NCBI GenBank assembly: GCA_030390025.1 | Contig: CM059432.1 | Span: forward strand, 121,956,001-122,020,000 | DNA: 64,000 bases | Reading direction: 5' to 3' | Source: Squalus acanthias | Lineage: Eukaryota | Shown: positions 12,971 to 26,674 of the stretch, one piece after another | Layout of the letters: every line of letters begins with the position of its first letter | Position numbering within the stretch: the stretch's first letter is position 1 | The notes under the pieces: model-generated | What the model saw: the letters and a program-made list of their open reading frames with translations, nothing else | What the model was told of the DNA's origin: nothing | Databases searched by the model: none | Translations under genes and position numbers: made by a program

Positions 12971-13642
12971 GGGGGAAAAATTTGGTTGCTTGGCGCTAAC
13001 TGGGCGCGAAACAACTAGCGCCGGGGCACAGCGCCGCAAACACCTCCCGCGAAATTCAGCGAGCCTCCGGCGATGACATCAGCGCCCCGCTCGCGCCCCA
13101 GCTGCAAACTTGGCTCGTGCCCCCTTGCCTACCGCCGGACGCTATATCTGACAGGGTCAGGGTGGTGTTTTTGCGGCCGGGGCGGTGATAATTAACGGGC
13201 AGATGCCAGGCGGCCATTTTTCTTTGGGCCGCCTGCCAGCACCTGCCCCCTCTGGCCTATTCTTGCGGGGTGCCAGCCGTGATCCATCAGCCCGGCATTC
13301 CTCTTGTGTGCCGGGCTCTTTTGCCAGCACCCTGCTGCCCGGTGGTCCAACAGGGCCCCGGTGCACGCTGCGCGCTAGGCCCCTCCCCTTTAAACCAGGG
13401 AGGGAAGCCTGCAGTACCGCTGCGCTACGTGCCGACGCGCCTGGCGCTGTTGCACGTAGCACCGCAATATTCAATTGGAGCGCTCCAAGAGGGAGGGGGA
13501 GCGCTTCCAGTAACGCCCCGCCTCCTGCTTGGGGCGCTACCATTGAATTTTGGGCAAGGGGGTGCTAACTTTTTCGGGTCACTAAAAGTATTGCCCCGGC
13601 GAAGTTAGCTCCCCAAAGGGGGTGTGAGCCAATTTTCCCCCC
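12971..13642. mobile_element. MITE (PIF/Harbinger-like)
   Basis: TIRs GGGGGAAAAATTTGG / CCAATTTTCCCCCC, flanks CAA/TAA, GC-rich noncoding interior. Confidence 0.65.
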
Positions 13643-13899
13643 TAAGTGCTTTAAACCAATGGGCAACAGTAAATATATAAATAATCAGATTAATTAATTC
13701 GATCTAAAGGGATAAAATTAAAATTAACTAAGTAGAGGATACCAACATTAAAGGGATCCAAATTGCATTAAATAAAAATCTGCTTTCCATAAATAATCAA
13801 ATAATAAATTAGAGCAAACACACTAAGCGAAAAACACATATATATATATCTATAACTAAGATATATCTATATCGTAAGTAGATAGACTTTTAAGCAAAA

Positions 13900-14995
13900 T
13901 GATGAGAGAATCACATGTGCAGAAAGTGCCTCCATTTGCTCGAACTCGAGCTCAAGGTTTCTGAGCTTGAGGAGAAGCTGGAGTCACTGCAGGACATATG
14001 GGAGGCTGAGAATTTCCTACAGTGCACGTTCTACCCCACAGCTACAGAGAGTTCAGGAGAATAGTAAGTGGGAGGCCATCTGGCAGGGTAGGAAGAGGCA
14101 GGCAGTGCAGGAATCTTCTGGGAGTGTAGCACTCTCAAACTGGTTTTCAGCGCTTCATTGAGGGTGGTGACACCTCGGGAAAGTGCAGGCTAGAGCACAT
14201 CTACCGCACTGTGGGAAAATGACTACACAGGGCGCACAGCAAAGTGTAGAAATGCAGTGGTCATAGGGGATTCGATAGTCAGGGGGATAGACAGGCGTTT
14301 CTGCAACGCAGACGTGAGTCCCACATAATGTGTTGCCTCCCTCGTGCCAGAGTAAAGGACATCACCGAGAGGGTGCAGAACATTTTGAAGGGGGAAGGGG
14401 AACAACCAGAAGTTGTGGTCCATGAGGGAACCAATGACATCGGAAGGAAAAGGGTTGGGGTCTTTCAGTCAGAGTTTTGGAAGCTAGGGAAGAAATTAAA
14501 TAGCAAGACCTCAAATGTCTCTGGATTACTCCTAGTGCTACGCGCAAGTGAGTATAGGAACAGTAGGATAAGACAGGTTAACGCATGGCTGGAGAAATGA
14601 TGCAGGATGGAGGACTATGGATTCCTTGGGCATTGGGACCAGTTCTGGGGAAGGAGGGACCTGTTCATTGCAGAAAGGTTAACTAGTACTGTGGGGGAGG
14701 ATTTAAACTAATTTGGCAGGGGGATGGGCATCAGGATGAAACATTAGAGAGGAGAAACAAGGTGCACAGGGGACTGGGAGAGACACATAGCACTAAAGTA
14801 AAGAATAGTTCAGAAATAGGAGGGATCAGACAGAGGGCAAATTACAGGCAATCTAAGATGGGTTTGGAGTCCATGAACGTAAATGGATGTAGCGTAGTAA
14901 ATAAGGTTGGTGAGACGCAGGCACAAGTCACCATGTGGGACTCTGATATAGTGGCAATAACAGAGACCTGGCTAAAAGAAGGGGAGGATTAGGAA
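13900..14995 (+). mobile_element. Decayed CR1 5' part (ORF1 zinc finger/zipper + esterase, start of ORF2 endonuclease)
   Basis: VVIGDSIVRG, CCLPRARVKDITERVQ, VVHEGTND, IVAITETWL. Confidence 0.8.
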
Positions 14996-15000
14996 CTGAA

Positions 15001-16510
15001 GGGGAAAAATTTGGTACCTTAACACCTCCCAGTTGTGCCAGCAGATGGCGGTAACGGGGCGCTGATGCAGTAGCGCCGGGGCGAGGCGAATCCAGCACCG
15101 CACGGCAAATCCGCCCCCCCCCCCCCGCCCCATTGCGCTGCCGGTACGAGGTACCGCCGGGGACTTCAATGGCAGGCACATCGTGACGTCAGTGAGTGTG
15201 CAATGCTCACTGGCCGCCCAATCTGGAAAATTGATTGTCACCACTTACCTTAGCGCCTTGACCAGACAGCGACAGGGAGAGCTGGTGTGCAGCTCCAAGA
15301 AGCCGGCTCCAGCGACGTTATTTAAAGGCATCAGCATTAATCACTCCCAGCTGTCAGAGCAGATCAGTTTCAATGGTTTCTTGTCAGTTTCACCCACTGG
15401 AACAATTTCTATGAGTTTCTAGCTTCTTTTGTATCACCAGTCTTCTGACAACTACAAAGTAGCTACATTAATTGTTCTAAGATTCAAACTGCTACACTTG
15501 ACAACATTCATGGGGGCTGTACTAGAATGCCACCTCACCCTCCAGGATCTATGGTGGAGGGAGCATAGGCAGCGAGAAATACCAGAACATGTGCGCAGAG
15601 GGATGAGGAGGGTCATCAGGGCTCTCACCAGGAGGCCTTACTCTCCGAGGGTATTCTGACTGCACTTCTCCTACCTTCAATTAAGTGAGGAGCAGTTCAT
15701 TAGATGGCTCCGCATCACCAAGGTGGTGGTCACAGAACTCTGCCACCTCCTCCAAACAGACCTCCAGCCTCACACCAGGATGACTTAAACCCCAGATCCC
15801 TTTTGCTCACCACATTTCCATCATACCATCCCTGTGTCATATCACAGTGTCCTCCTGGGCGCAAAGGTGAAATGAGAGAGACCACAAAATATTGCAAACT
15901 CCATTAATAAATTTATGCATAAACATATCACACATATCACATTCATTCTAATAACTAATGACCCTTGTGCCTGCCACAGTTGAATGGCTGTCATTGTGTG
16001 CAAGGTGTGAGATGTGGGTGTGAGTGTTGGTAGGTAGAGATTGTTGGTGGGTGAGTGCTGGGGGTGTGGTGCTTTGGGCAGTCTGTGAAGATTGTGGTTT
16101 AGATGGTGGTATGTAGCATTTGTTGAAGCATTCAATCACCCTGACCACCCGAGTGAGGTGGATCTGCCATGAGCGCACCTGCTTCAGTCCTCTGGTTCTT
16201 TCTCCTTGTTGTGCTTCTCCTTGCTGAGGCAGCTGCCCAACCAGCAATGCTGAGAATGAGGTGCTGCAGTATCAATGAACCTCCCCTTTGAGTACTGGGG
16301 AAAGCCTATGGCAATCATGACTTGCGATTAGACTACACCTGATATTGGTCGTGTAATGCCAGTGGGCTTTAAGACTTGAATTAGGACTCCAATCATTTTT
16401 TGAGCAGTGAGCACGAATTTTGCGTGCGGTCTAAAGCATTAGCGCCTGGCCCTAATTCTCCAACTTTTCTACTGATACCGCCCATTCCTGGGCTATAACG
16501 AATTTCTAGC
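15001..16510. mobile_element. Internally deleted Harbinger element (transposase N-terminus on +, Myb/SANT remnant on -)
   Basis: Starts GGGGAAAAATTTGG; RRPYSPRVF…LSEEQ…VVTELCHLLQTDLQP at about 15630-15780; right end uncertain. Confidence 0.55.
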
Positions 16511-17219
16511 CCATTATATTCCTGAATATTCCTTATTATTAATGACTGACAGGCTGGAGGGCGGGAAGCCTGCTTCACAAGGCCAAAACTGACGAGAGCA
16601 GGTAGGTGTATTGGGGGAGTGAGAGAGATTGTGGGGGGCGGTCCCAATTGGGGGAGAGGGGCCTCCCGATTGCAGATGGGAGTCCGATGGTGGTTGGGGG
16701 GGTTTGCAATTGCGGAGTGGGGGGGGTGGGTGGTGCAATGGTGGTCAGGGGGTAGATGGTGTTCGGGGGTCCGATAGATGTCGGGGGAGCAGATGGTGGT
16801 CTGGGGGTCCGGTAGTGGTTGGGGGGGGGGTCTGTTGGTGGCCAGGGGGTTCCGATGGTGATTGGGGGCTTGTCCAATGGTGGTCATGGGGGTCCGATGG
16901 TGGTCAGGGGGTCTGATGGTGGTGGCGGGGGGAGCAGACAGATCATGGGGGGGGTAATTTATGGATTGTGCCATCTCGGCTCCTTTCTTGAGGCCTGGGA
17001 AACCCGGCCGAAATGAGTTAAAAATAGAATGACTGTTAAAATGAAGGCAGGCAGCCCATTATAATATTTAAATGACCAACCCGCTTCCTGTGAGCGGATT
17101 GGTCACCTGCCCCATGCCCCAATTCCATTAAACTGGAAGTGGGCGGATTTGAGTCACCTGATGGGTTCCTGATTCAGATTTTTTGCATTTTAACCTCTGA
17201 CACGACCCCAGTCCACAAG

Positions 17220-17672
17220 TTCACCCATCACCCCTGTGCTCGCTGACCTACATTGGCTCCCGGTCCGGCAACGCCTCGATTTAAAAATTCTCATCCTTGT
17301 TTTCAAATCTCGCCATGACCTCGTCCCTCCCTAGCTCTGAAACTTCCACCAGCTCTACAACCCTCTGAGATCTCTGTGCTCCTCTAATTCTGCAATCTTG
17401 TGCATCCCCAATTTTAATCGCTCCACCATTGGTGGCTGTGCCTTCAGCTGCCTCGGCCCTAATTTCTGGAATTCCCTCCCTGAATCTCTCCACCTCTCCG
17501 CCTCTCTCTCCTCCTTTAAGACACTCCTTAAAACCTGCCTCTTTGACCAAGATTTTGGTCACCTGTCCTAATATCTACTTATGTGGCTCATAGTCAAATT
17601 TTGTTTGATAATGCTCCTGTGCAGCACCTTGGGACGTTTTACTACATTAAAGGCGCTATTTAAATGCAAGTT
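17220..17672 (+). mobile_element. L2 LINE 3' fragment
   Basis: ITPVLADLHWLPVRQRLDLKILILVFKS; tail AGGCGCTAT.TAAATGCAAG. Confidence 0.8.
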
Positions 17673-17739
17673 GTATATTGCAGTGTAGTGTGAGAATGAG
17701 GAAGAGAAAAGGGCAGTTGGGGATTACAACTGGCATATA

Positions 17740-20080
17740 CTCGAAACAGGTGGTGAGAGAACCAACACGAGGGAAAAACTTACTAGTCTTTGTCCTCACC
17801 AATCTACCTGAGGCAGATGCATCTGTCCATGACAGTATTGGTAGCAGTAACCACCGCACAGTCATTGTGGAGACGAAGTCCTGTCTTCACAGTGAGGAGT
17901 TCCTCCATCATGTTGTGTGGCACTACCACCATGCTAAATGGGATAGATTCAGAACAAATCTAGCAGCTCCAAACTGGGCATTCATGAGGCGCTGTGGGCC
18001 ATCAGCAGCAGCAGAATTGTATTCCACCACAATCTGTAACCTCATGGCCCGGCATATCCCTCACTCTACAATTACCACCAAGCCAGAGGACCAACCCTGG
18101 TTCAATAAGGAGTGTAGAAGAGCATGCCAGGAGCAGCACTCGGCATACCTAAAAATGAGATGCAAACCTGGGGAAGCTGCAACACAGGACTAAATGCATG
18201 CTAAAAAGTGGAAGCAGCATGCTATAGACAGGACTAAGCGATCCCACAATCAACGGATCAGATCAAAGCTCTGCAGTCCTGCCACATCCAATCGTGAATG
18301 ATGGTGGACCATTAAACAACTGACGGGAGGAGGAGGCTCCATGAATATCCCCATTCTCAATGATGGTGGAGCCCAGCACGTGAGTTCAAAAGACAAGGCT
18401 GAAGCGTTTGCAACCATCTTAAGCCAGAAGTGCTGAGGTCCCCACCATCACAGAAGCCAGTCTTCAGCCAATTGAATTCACTCCACGTGATATCAAGAAA
18501 CGGCTGAGCGCACTGGATACAGCAAAGGTTATGGGCCCCGACAACATCCCAGCTATCACGCTGAAGACTTGTACTCCAGCACTAGCTGCGCCTCTAGCCA
18601 AGCTGTTCCAGTACAGCTACAACACTGGCATCTATCTGACAATGTGCAAAACTGCCCAGGTATGTCTGGTCCACAAAAAGCAGGACAAATCCAATCCGGC
18701 CAATTACCACCCCATCAGTCTACACTCAATCACCAGCAAAGTGATGGAAGGTGTCATCAACAGTGCTATCAAGCAGCACTTACTTACCAATAACTTGCTC
18801 ATTGATGCCCAGTTTGGGTTCTGCCAAGACCACTCGGCTCCCAATCTCATTACAACCTTGGTGTAAACATGGACAAAGGAGCTGAATTCCAGAGGTGAGG
18901 TGAGAGTGACTGCCCTTGACATCAAGGCAGCATTTGACAGAGTGTGGCATCAAGGAGCCCAATAAAACTGAAGTCAATGGGAATCGGGGGGAAAACTCTC
19001 CACTGGCTGGAGTCATACCTAGCACAAAGGAAGATGGCTGTGGTGGTTGAAGGTCAATCATCACAGCCCCAGGACATCGCTGCAGGAGTTCCTCAGGGCA
19101 GTGTCCTAGGCCCAACCATCTTCAGCTGCTTCATCAATGATCTTCCCTCCAACATAAGGTCAGAAATGGGGATGTTCGCTGATGACTGCACAGTGTTCAG
19201 CGCCATTCACAACGCATCAGATAATGAAGCAGTCCATTCCTGCATGCAACAAGACCTGGACGACGTTCAGGCTTGGGCTGATAAGTGGCAGGTAACATTC
19301 GCGTCACAGAAGTGCCAGGCAATGACTATCTCCAACAAGCGAGAGTCTAACCACTGCCCCTTGACATTCAACGGCATTACCATTGTCGACTCCCTCACCA
19401 TCAACATCCTGGGGGTCACCATTGACCAGAAACTTAACTGGACCAGCCACATAAATACCGTGGCAACAAGAGCAGGTCAGAGGCTAGGCATTCTATGGCG
19501 AGTGTCTCACCTCCTGACTCCCCAAAGCCTTTCCACCAACTATAAGGCACAATTAAGTAGTGTGATGGCATACTCTCCACTTGCCTGGATTAGTGCAGCT
19601 TCAACAACACTCAGGAAGCTCGACACCATTCAGGACAAAGCAGCCCGCTTGATTGGCACCCCATCCACCACCTTAAACATTCACTCCCTCCACCACCAGC
19701 GTACCGTGGCTGAAGTGCGTACCATCTAAAAGATGCACTGCAGCAACTCACCAAGGCTTCTTCGGCAACACCTCCCAAACCCATGAGCTCTATCACCTAG
19801 AATGACAAGGGCAGCAGGCGCATGGGAACACCACCACCTCCAAGTTCCCCTCCAAGTCACACACCATCCTGACTTAGAAGTATATCGCCGATCCTTCATT
19901 GTCGCTGGGTCAAAATCCTGGAACTCCCTACCTAACAGCACTGTGGGAGTACCATCAACACACGGACTGCAGCGGTTCAAGAAGGCAGCTCACCACCACC
20001 TTCTCAAGGGCAATTAGGGATGGGCAATAAATGCTGGCCTTGCCAGTGACGCCCACATCCCAGGAACAAATTTTAAAAAA
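17740..20080 (+). mobile_element. Decayed CR1-group LINE (second family), EN C-terminus + RT
   Basis: VREPTRGKNLL, GPDNIPA, ALDIKAAFDRV, PQGSVLGP, FADD; A-rich 3' end; stops and frameshifts. Confidence 0.85.
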
Positions 20081-20649
20081 AGACACTACTCTAGACAACT
20101 AGGTCTCAATCTCTCACCTACCTCATTCACTTGAGCACAAGTTAGCTGGAGTATACCTAAAGTGTCTTTAACCTGAAGCCACTGAGCTTCCTGGGTTCAG
20201 GCCATTTGCAATGGCTCAGTATTGCCAGCCACTGACACACCTGTTGGCAGGTCCCTGCACTCAGAATTGAAGGCAAGAGTCTTTTTTTTTTAATTCATTC
20301 ACAGGATGTGGGTGTCACTGGAAAGGCCAGCATTTATTGCCCAACCCTAATTGCCCTTGAGAAGCTGGTGGCAAACCACCTTCTTGAACCGCTGCAGTCC
20401 ATTGCAGTTTTGATACAACTGGACCAGAGGGTAGTTAAGAGTCAACCACATTGCTGTGGGTCTGGAGTCACATATAGGCCAGACCAGGTAAGGACGGCAG
20501 ATTTCCTTCCCTAAAGGACATTAATGAGCCAGATGGGTTTTTACAACATGGTTCCATGGTTACCATTACGATACTAGCTTTTTATTCCAGATTTAATGAA
20601 TGAACTGTATTTCAATTCCTCAGCTGCCATGGTGGGATTTAGAACTCAT

Positions 20650-22198
20650 GGGGGCAAAATTCAGTATTGCCCCATTTGGGGTGCAATTATCGGCCGGGCG
20701 CAAAGATTAGCGCCTGGCGCTAATTATCGCCTCCGACTGCAAACTTGGCTTTTATCGCCCCTGGAGGTGATTGGAGCGCTAAATCAGGCGCTTCACACCT
20801 GTCTTAAGGCGCAAAGGCCGAGGAGCGAGGCGCTACCTCAGAGCGCTGGCGAAGCTCATGTGATGTCAGTCAGCAATTGAACACAGACACAATGGGCTGG
20901 ATTTTCATTGACCCGTGGAGGCGGGTTTGGAGGCGTGTAGGGGGTTAAAATTGTGAAAACTGGTGGGCGGGCACAAGTTTGCCTTCATCCCACCTCCACG
21001 CAATTTTCATTAAATCGTGTCTGCTGGTCCCGACTCCGTCCCGCCTTTAAATGGTGGGATAGGCTGTTAAGGCCCTTAACAAGCACTAAATTGGCTCTAT
21101 AATGCCATTTTGAAAGGCCTTTGTGATTTTAACCCTTGTTCTACGTGAAGCACACCTGTTCTGAACCACGATTGTGAAACCTGGCGGAAGCACATTTGGC
21201 TGGCTATGGGGATGCATATATGGATAGAGAGGAGACATATCTGGGAGTGGTGGTGTAAAAATATCTGGGAGCAGACTTAGGGATGCTGCTTATTTTGCAG
21301 GTCCTCTCACAGCAAAGGCCAGGCAGTCTTTGAAGACCTTCAATGCAGCAGCAATTATGACATCATCAAAGGCGACTTTCAGACTGAAAACACTAATTGG
21401 GTCATGGGTTCCCACATGCTGGAACTCAATTGCCCAATTAGGTGAAAATTGCATCAATCTCCCACATCCAATTGCAGTCGGGTGGATAACACAAAAAGTG
21501 GATGACACGACCCCAACCCACCCCAGTATCAAAATCCAGCCCAATGGCGCCGGCCAGTTCTTAAAGGGTAGGGTTGATCTTGCTCTCCATCCACATCCTG
21601 CTCATTGCAGCCTTGAATCTCGGCCTGGAGAGACCTGTACATCAAATCTGCTGGAAAGAACAATGGAGAGGCCCAGGGAAAGAGCTCAGAGTGCAGCCCC
21701 CACAGTCTCTTCTAAATCGATACAAGGAAGGGCAAATCAAAATGAATCTGCAAAGTGCTGCTCAGTACCCAAAACTCCTTCACACAGCGTTGAATCTCTC
21801 CAGAAGTCTCTCTCTCTCTCTCTCTCTCAGAATGTGTGGTGCAAAAATGTCACCAACAAAAAAAGGCAGGAAGCGTTCGCCTTTAAATAGCGCTCCCCCG
21901 TCCTTTCCTGACTGCAAAACGCTCCCCTCAACATGTCGTTGCTAGCGGCAGGCGGTAAGGCAGGGGGCGCCACTCAATATCCAGTCCGGGGCGCTACCTG
22001 GGCGTTGCACACTCGACTGACGTCACGATCTGCCGGCGCAAAAGATCGTGGCGGTAGTGTTTAGCGCCGCCACAAAATGTCTAGTTAATTTCATGAGCAG
22101 CGCAAACATCGCCGCGCACGGGCGCTAGTTGCTTTGCGCCCCATTAGCGCCCTCTTAAGGCGCTAATGGGAGGCACAAACCAACTGAATTTTCCCCCC
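20650..22198. mobile_element. Non-autonomous PIF/Harbinger-like transposon
   Basis: TIR GGGGGCAAAATTCAGT / ACTGAATTTTCCCCCC, 3-bp TSD CAT. Confidence 0.75.
20894..21542. mobile_element. MITE nested in the previous element
   Basis: TIR GGGCTGGATTTT / AAAATCCAGCCC, TSD AAT. Confidence 0.8.
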
Positions 22199-23689
22199 CA
22201 TGTCTCCGGATTGTTAGTCCAGGCCTCTGGATTACTATTCCAGTAGCATAACCAGTATTCCACCATACCCCCAGGCTTGAGAATGGCTGCAGGCCTGAGG
22301 ATCAATTGGAGGCCAAAAAGAAAGATTTAATTTGCATTTTCATGTTTCTCTGGTCTTGTTGCCTGCCCTCTGATCTGAGGGGGTGTCAGGTGCAACAGCA
22401 CTTCAAATGGGCACCCATCCAACTTTCCTGAGGAAAATATCATTGAAGGTGCCATTAAGATCCTCCAACCTCATTTCTATTGCACAAGCATTCTCCCACC
22501 CCTTAGGACCCCAGGAAGTCCCCGGACAGCATAAAGGTTCGGGACCCAGTGTCACAGGTCTCCACCCCTTTTTCTTTCATTCCTGGAAACTGAACATTCT
22601 CCAGGTTCATAGAAGAGAAACATCAGGGCCTAACTACCTGGTAAAGGTGGAGGAGCAGTGCATGAGAAGGCTCAGTCTCACCAGGAAGACTATGACTGAG
22701 TGATATAGACCAGAAGGAAAACTCAATTACCCGCACTGCACTACCAGCAACAGTGTAGATGACCCTGGCCTCCAGACTTGTGCCAAAGGGATCGTCCAGC
22801 CACCCACAGCAGACACCCCATGAGTCAACCATTTTGTCCTGTGCTGCTCCATTAAGGAGATACCCAGAACTTCTATAACATCACACATACCATCACATAC
22901 AAAAATCAGCAGCAGTCTAGTGAGGGAGATAGACATGTGAGGGTCTCAACGCCCATGCCTTCCAGAGAGCTCTGCCATGCCATTGGCCATTATTATTTTC
23001 TTTTTGGACTATTAATCACAGAACTGCATGCATTCCCTATTTCATTTTCGCTGAACGCTGCGTATGTTTTGTTTGTTTGGCATGCGGACAACTGATGATC
23101 TATCTTCTGTACAATGAAAGAATGACAGACTGCAAGATATATTAAAACTGAATGAGTTCAATTGTGTTGAATCGTGCTGGCACTCTATGCATTTACTGTG
23201 TTTTGTTGCTGAGGTTGCCCCTTGTGCATTGTAAACTTTTGTTTGTTGGTTGTGAATGCGTCCTAGGCCCCTAAAATCCACAGCCATCCCAGCCTAGTTT
23301 AGCAGGAGGCTGGGAGTGGATTAACTGAATCCCAGCCTTGTGGCAAAAAAATGTGGCTGGTCTTATGGGGGCAGAACTTCTTCATGCGCCAAAAGATGGG
23401 TAGGGCTGGGACTCCCAAAGTCAGGACTTCCCACAAAGTCTTCAGAGGAACCCAGCATATGGTTGGTCGAGGCCCTGCCAATAGGTGGGACCACTGCCAA
23501 GCCATTGCAAATGACCTGAATTCAGGAATCCCAGCGGCCTCAGGCCACACCAGGAGCTGTACTCCAGGAGTCAGTTATTTGTCAGACCCCTGGAAATTGT
23601 GGGGCTCACCTGCCAGCCTAGGGAAGGATCGTCGCCTGGACCCCTGATGATTTGGCTGCAAGAATTTTTTTTTAATATCATATTTGCAC

Positions 23690-24025
23690 GGTCGGAGGTG
23701 CCGTCTTTCGGATGAGACGTTAAACCGAGGCCCCCTCTGTTCTCTCAGGTGGACGTAAAAGATCCCATGGCACTATTTCGAAGAAGAGCAGGGGAATTAT
23801 GCCCGGTGTCCTGGCCAATATTTATCCCTCAATCAACATAACAAAAACTGATTATCTGGTCCTGATCACATTGCTGTTTGTGGGAGCTTGCTATGCGCAA
23901 ATTGGCTGCCGCATTTCCTACATTACAACAGTGACTCCACTTCAAAAGTACTTCACTTTGGTAAAGCGTTTGGTATGTCCGGTGGTCGTGAAAGGCGCTA
24001 TATAAATGCAAGTCTTTCTTTCTTT
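23690..24025 (+). mobile_element. Deu-domain SINE (SacSINE1/AmnSINE1-like), head missing
   Basis: GGATGAGACGTTAAACCGAGG…GATCCCATGGCACTA…GGTGTCCTGGCCAA Deu-type core and L2-like tail AGGCGCTATATAAATGCAAG. Confidence 0.75.
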
Positions 24026-24891
24026 CTATTTAAAGCAGGCATCTTACAACGGGGGAAGGGGGTAATCGGCACACTTTCCAGTGCTGATGGTGGCCACCCC
24101 TGAGACAGCACTACTGGCATGCTCATCTGCCATTGGCATGAGAAAGAAGGGACCTCCCGCTGACCCTGAAAACTTTGATGGTGTCAAGGGGAGGTTCCGG
24201 GCAGGTCCACCTGTGACTAACTCTGCATCAGTGCCAGGGAGCTCTGCTGCTGCCGTTGCTGTCTGTAGATTAGTGCTTTCAAGTACACCCGTATAGGGAT
24301 ACAATTAAATAAATTACAAATAAATGCAAGCTCTTTCATTCTTAATTTCTCAGAACAGCCACTGATATGAGCCCTGCTTTCATATTACTCCATGAATGCC
24401 ACTGGTAGAGGGCATCACATCATGTGTCAGCATGGAACATTGTGTATCTATGAGATTGCTGAATCTCTCCCTCGTGGTTACCCATAGGCATTCGCCAATT
24501 GATTTGAGTTCAGCTGGGGCTGAATTTTGGAGGTTGTACCCCAAAGTTTCCAAAGCAGCAGCCAGCGCATTCATGTAAGACACTCTCACTATTCCCATGG
24601 TCTGTATAACTGAGGTTCCACTCCATAGTGCGTGTGACCCTGTGGTGGCTCCTGCTTCAAGTGGGGGTGGTTCTCAAATTCAGAATTAACAAAATATTCA
24701 CTTGAATATGTATAATTTAGGCTGGTACTTTAGTATAATACTGAGGGAGGGCTACATTGTTGGCGCCTCTGTCCTTTAGTTAAAACATTAAGCTGTGATC
24801 CCACCAGCCTGTTCAATTGGATGTTAAAGAACCAATGCACTATTCATAGGCAGGGAATGCCCCTTCAACCGATGCACTAAAAAAACACAAT

Positions 24892-25649
24892 GGGCTGTAT
24901 ATTCCGATCCCTACAGGTGGGTACGCGCTGTATACTCACCCGTAGGGACATCGGAAATGCCGGTTTCAGGCATGCACAGCGCATGCGCTGAAAACCGGCA
25001 TTTCCGATCTGTCAAGAATGCTCTTGACAGATCGGACGCCTGCCCGGGAGAAGGGCCTCTGTGGGTGGAGAGTTCCGCTTTCTGGAGGACCTCCGCCCGC
25101 AGAAAACCTTTAGAAATCTTACGCCTGGTAAAAGTAAGGTCTGCTTTAACCAGCATAAGAGTTGAAAAAAGTTTAAAAAAAAATTTTTTCACTCATTTAT
25201 CATTTAAAAATACTTTTTAAAAAAAAGGTAAGTTTATTTTTAGCCCCGTAAAAAACTTTAATTTTTTTTTCAAAAAATTACATTTTTGTTTAAAATATTT
25301 TATTTATTGTAATTTCAACTCATTTTAAAAATTTGATTTTTATTTTATTTATTTATTTAATGTTTTGAAGTGTTTTTGGGGTGATCTCCATTCATATATT
25401 TGACAGGTCTATCTGTCAAGTGTATGAAGGGAGATTCCCTTCTTTGATTGGCTCCCCATGGCCCACGTGATCACAGGGATGTTTGCGAACCGCCTGCACC
25501 CCTGAGATACGTGGGCCCTGCGCATTTCGAGTTGGAGAGGCCCAGGAGCGGAAGTGTCCGGACCTCGGGAGCCCTCAGGTAAGTCCGTAGATTTTTTCCA
25601 GATTGGAGGCCTCCGCACGCAGGAAGCCTCCGATCGGAAAATACGGCCC
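24892..25649. mobile_element. MITE inserted in a degraded Deu-type SINE
   Basis: TIR GGGCTGTATATTCCGATC / GATCGGAAAATACGGCCC (16/18 match); internal palindromes. Confidence 0.7.
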
Positions 25650-26674
25650 TTTAATGAGTTATTCCCGACTGCTGTTTGCAGACATTGCTGTCTTAAAACA
25701 TAACACAACAGTCACTACATTCCAAGAAGCAATTCAATGCATGAGGTGTTTCAATAATTTGATAAATGCAAATATTTATTTTCCTTTTTCCTTTCAGGTC
25801 TGAAACATGAATCCAAATCAAACCCAGATCATTCGGATGAAAGTTTCCCCTCCCTGTCACCTGCAGCTTGTAGCTTGGGCGGAAGCCTCAGCAAAATTCC
25901 TCGTGGTTGTGAATCCACACGACAAAGTGCCAGTGACTAGCAGTCTAATCAGAGTAGCCACAAAGGTGAATCATTTTGGAAAATTAGAAATGTCTTGCTG
26001 ATGTATAAGAAATGCTCTTCTGAGGTTGAGGTGAAGACACATTGGCCCGGAGTTTCCGCACAGCCACCATCACTCCACCGCTGCAACTTCGCCCAGAGTA
26101 GATGCGTAAGCAGGGTTTCCGCTGCACTTCCAGCGAAGTTACGGCTGAAGTCACTGCAATGGGGCTTAAACCCACAATTTTCTGATTCATAGGCAAGAGT
26201 GCCACCACTAAGCCAAGGCTAACGCACATGGCAGTGCTTGATATGGACAGCAGGGGAAAACACAGGAAAATATTTCACTCTCCACTATACTTATTGCTAA
26301 CAAAAAGTCACCAAGTAAATGACAGCTTGATGATGTAATGGCTAAGGCTGTATTTTTTGCAAGGGCTGCACGGATTCCATTCAATTGAGTAAGCTCTGTG
26401 AGTTTGGAAAATCATTCAGGTGAAATTGATCTTGGGCAGCAACATAATAAGGACGAATGGTGAATGGGCTGCCCGTTTTATGCCCCGTCCAATGCTCGTT
26501 TCCACAGGAAATGTTAAATCGGGTGAGGTGTAAAACGGACGGCCCATTCGTTGTCACCTACTTCGCGCTACCGCCCAAGACCAATTTCATTCCCCATGAG
26601 TCCACCTTGAGTGGGAGCAGCCGGATTTGTGAAGGAGGTAGGGAGGAGATGGCAGCAGCAACTCAGGTGTAACT

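Larger units (their letters stand above)
20285..22272 (-). mobile_element. tRNA-derived SINE with LINE-type tail, split by nested DNA transposons
   Basis: tRNA-like head at 22200-22272 continues at 20648 downward; tail matches the 3' end of the LINE family at 17740-20080. Confidence 0.6.
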
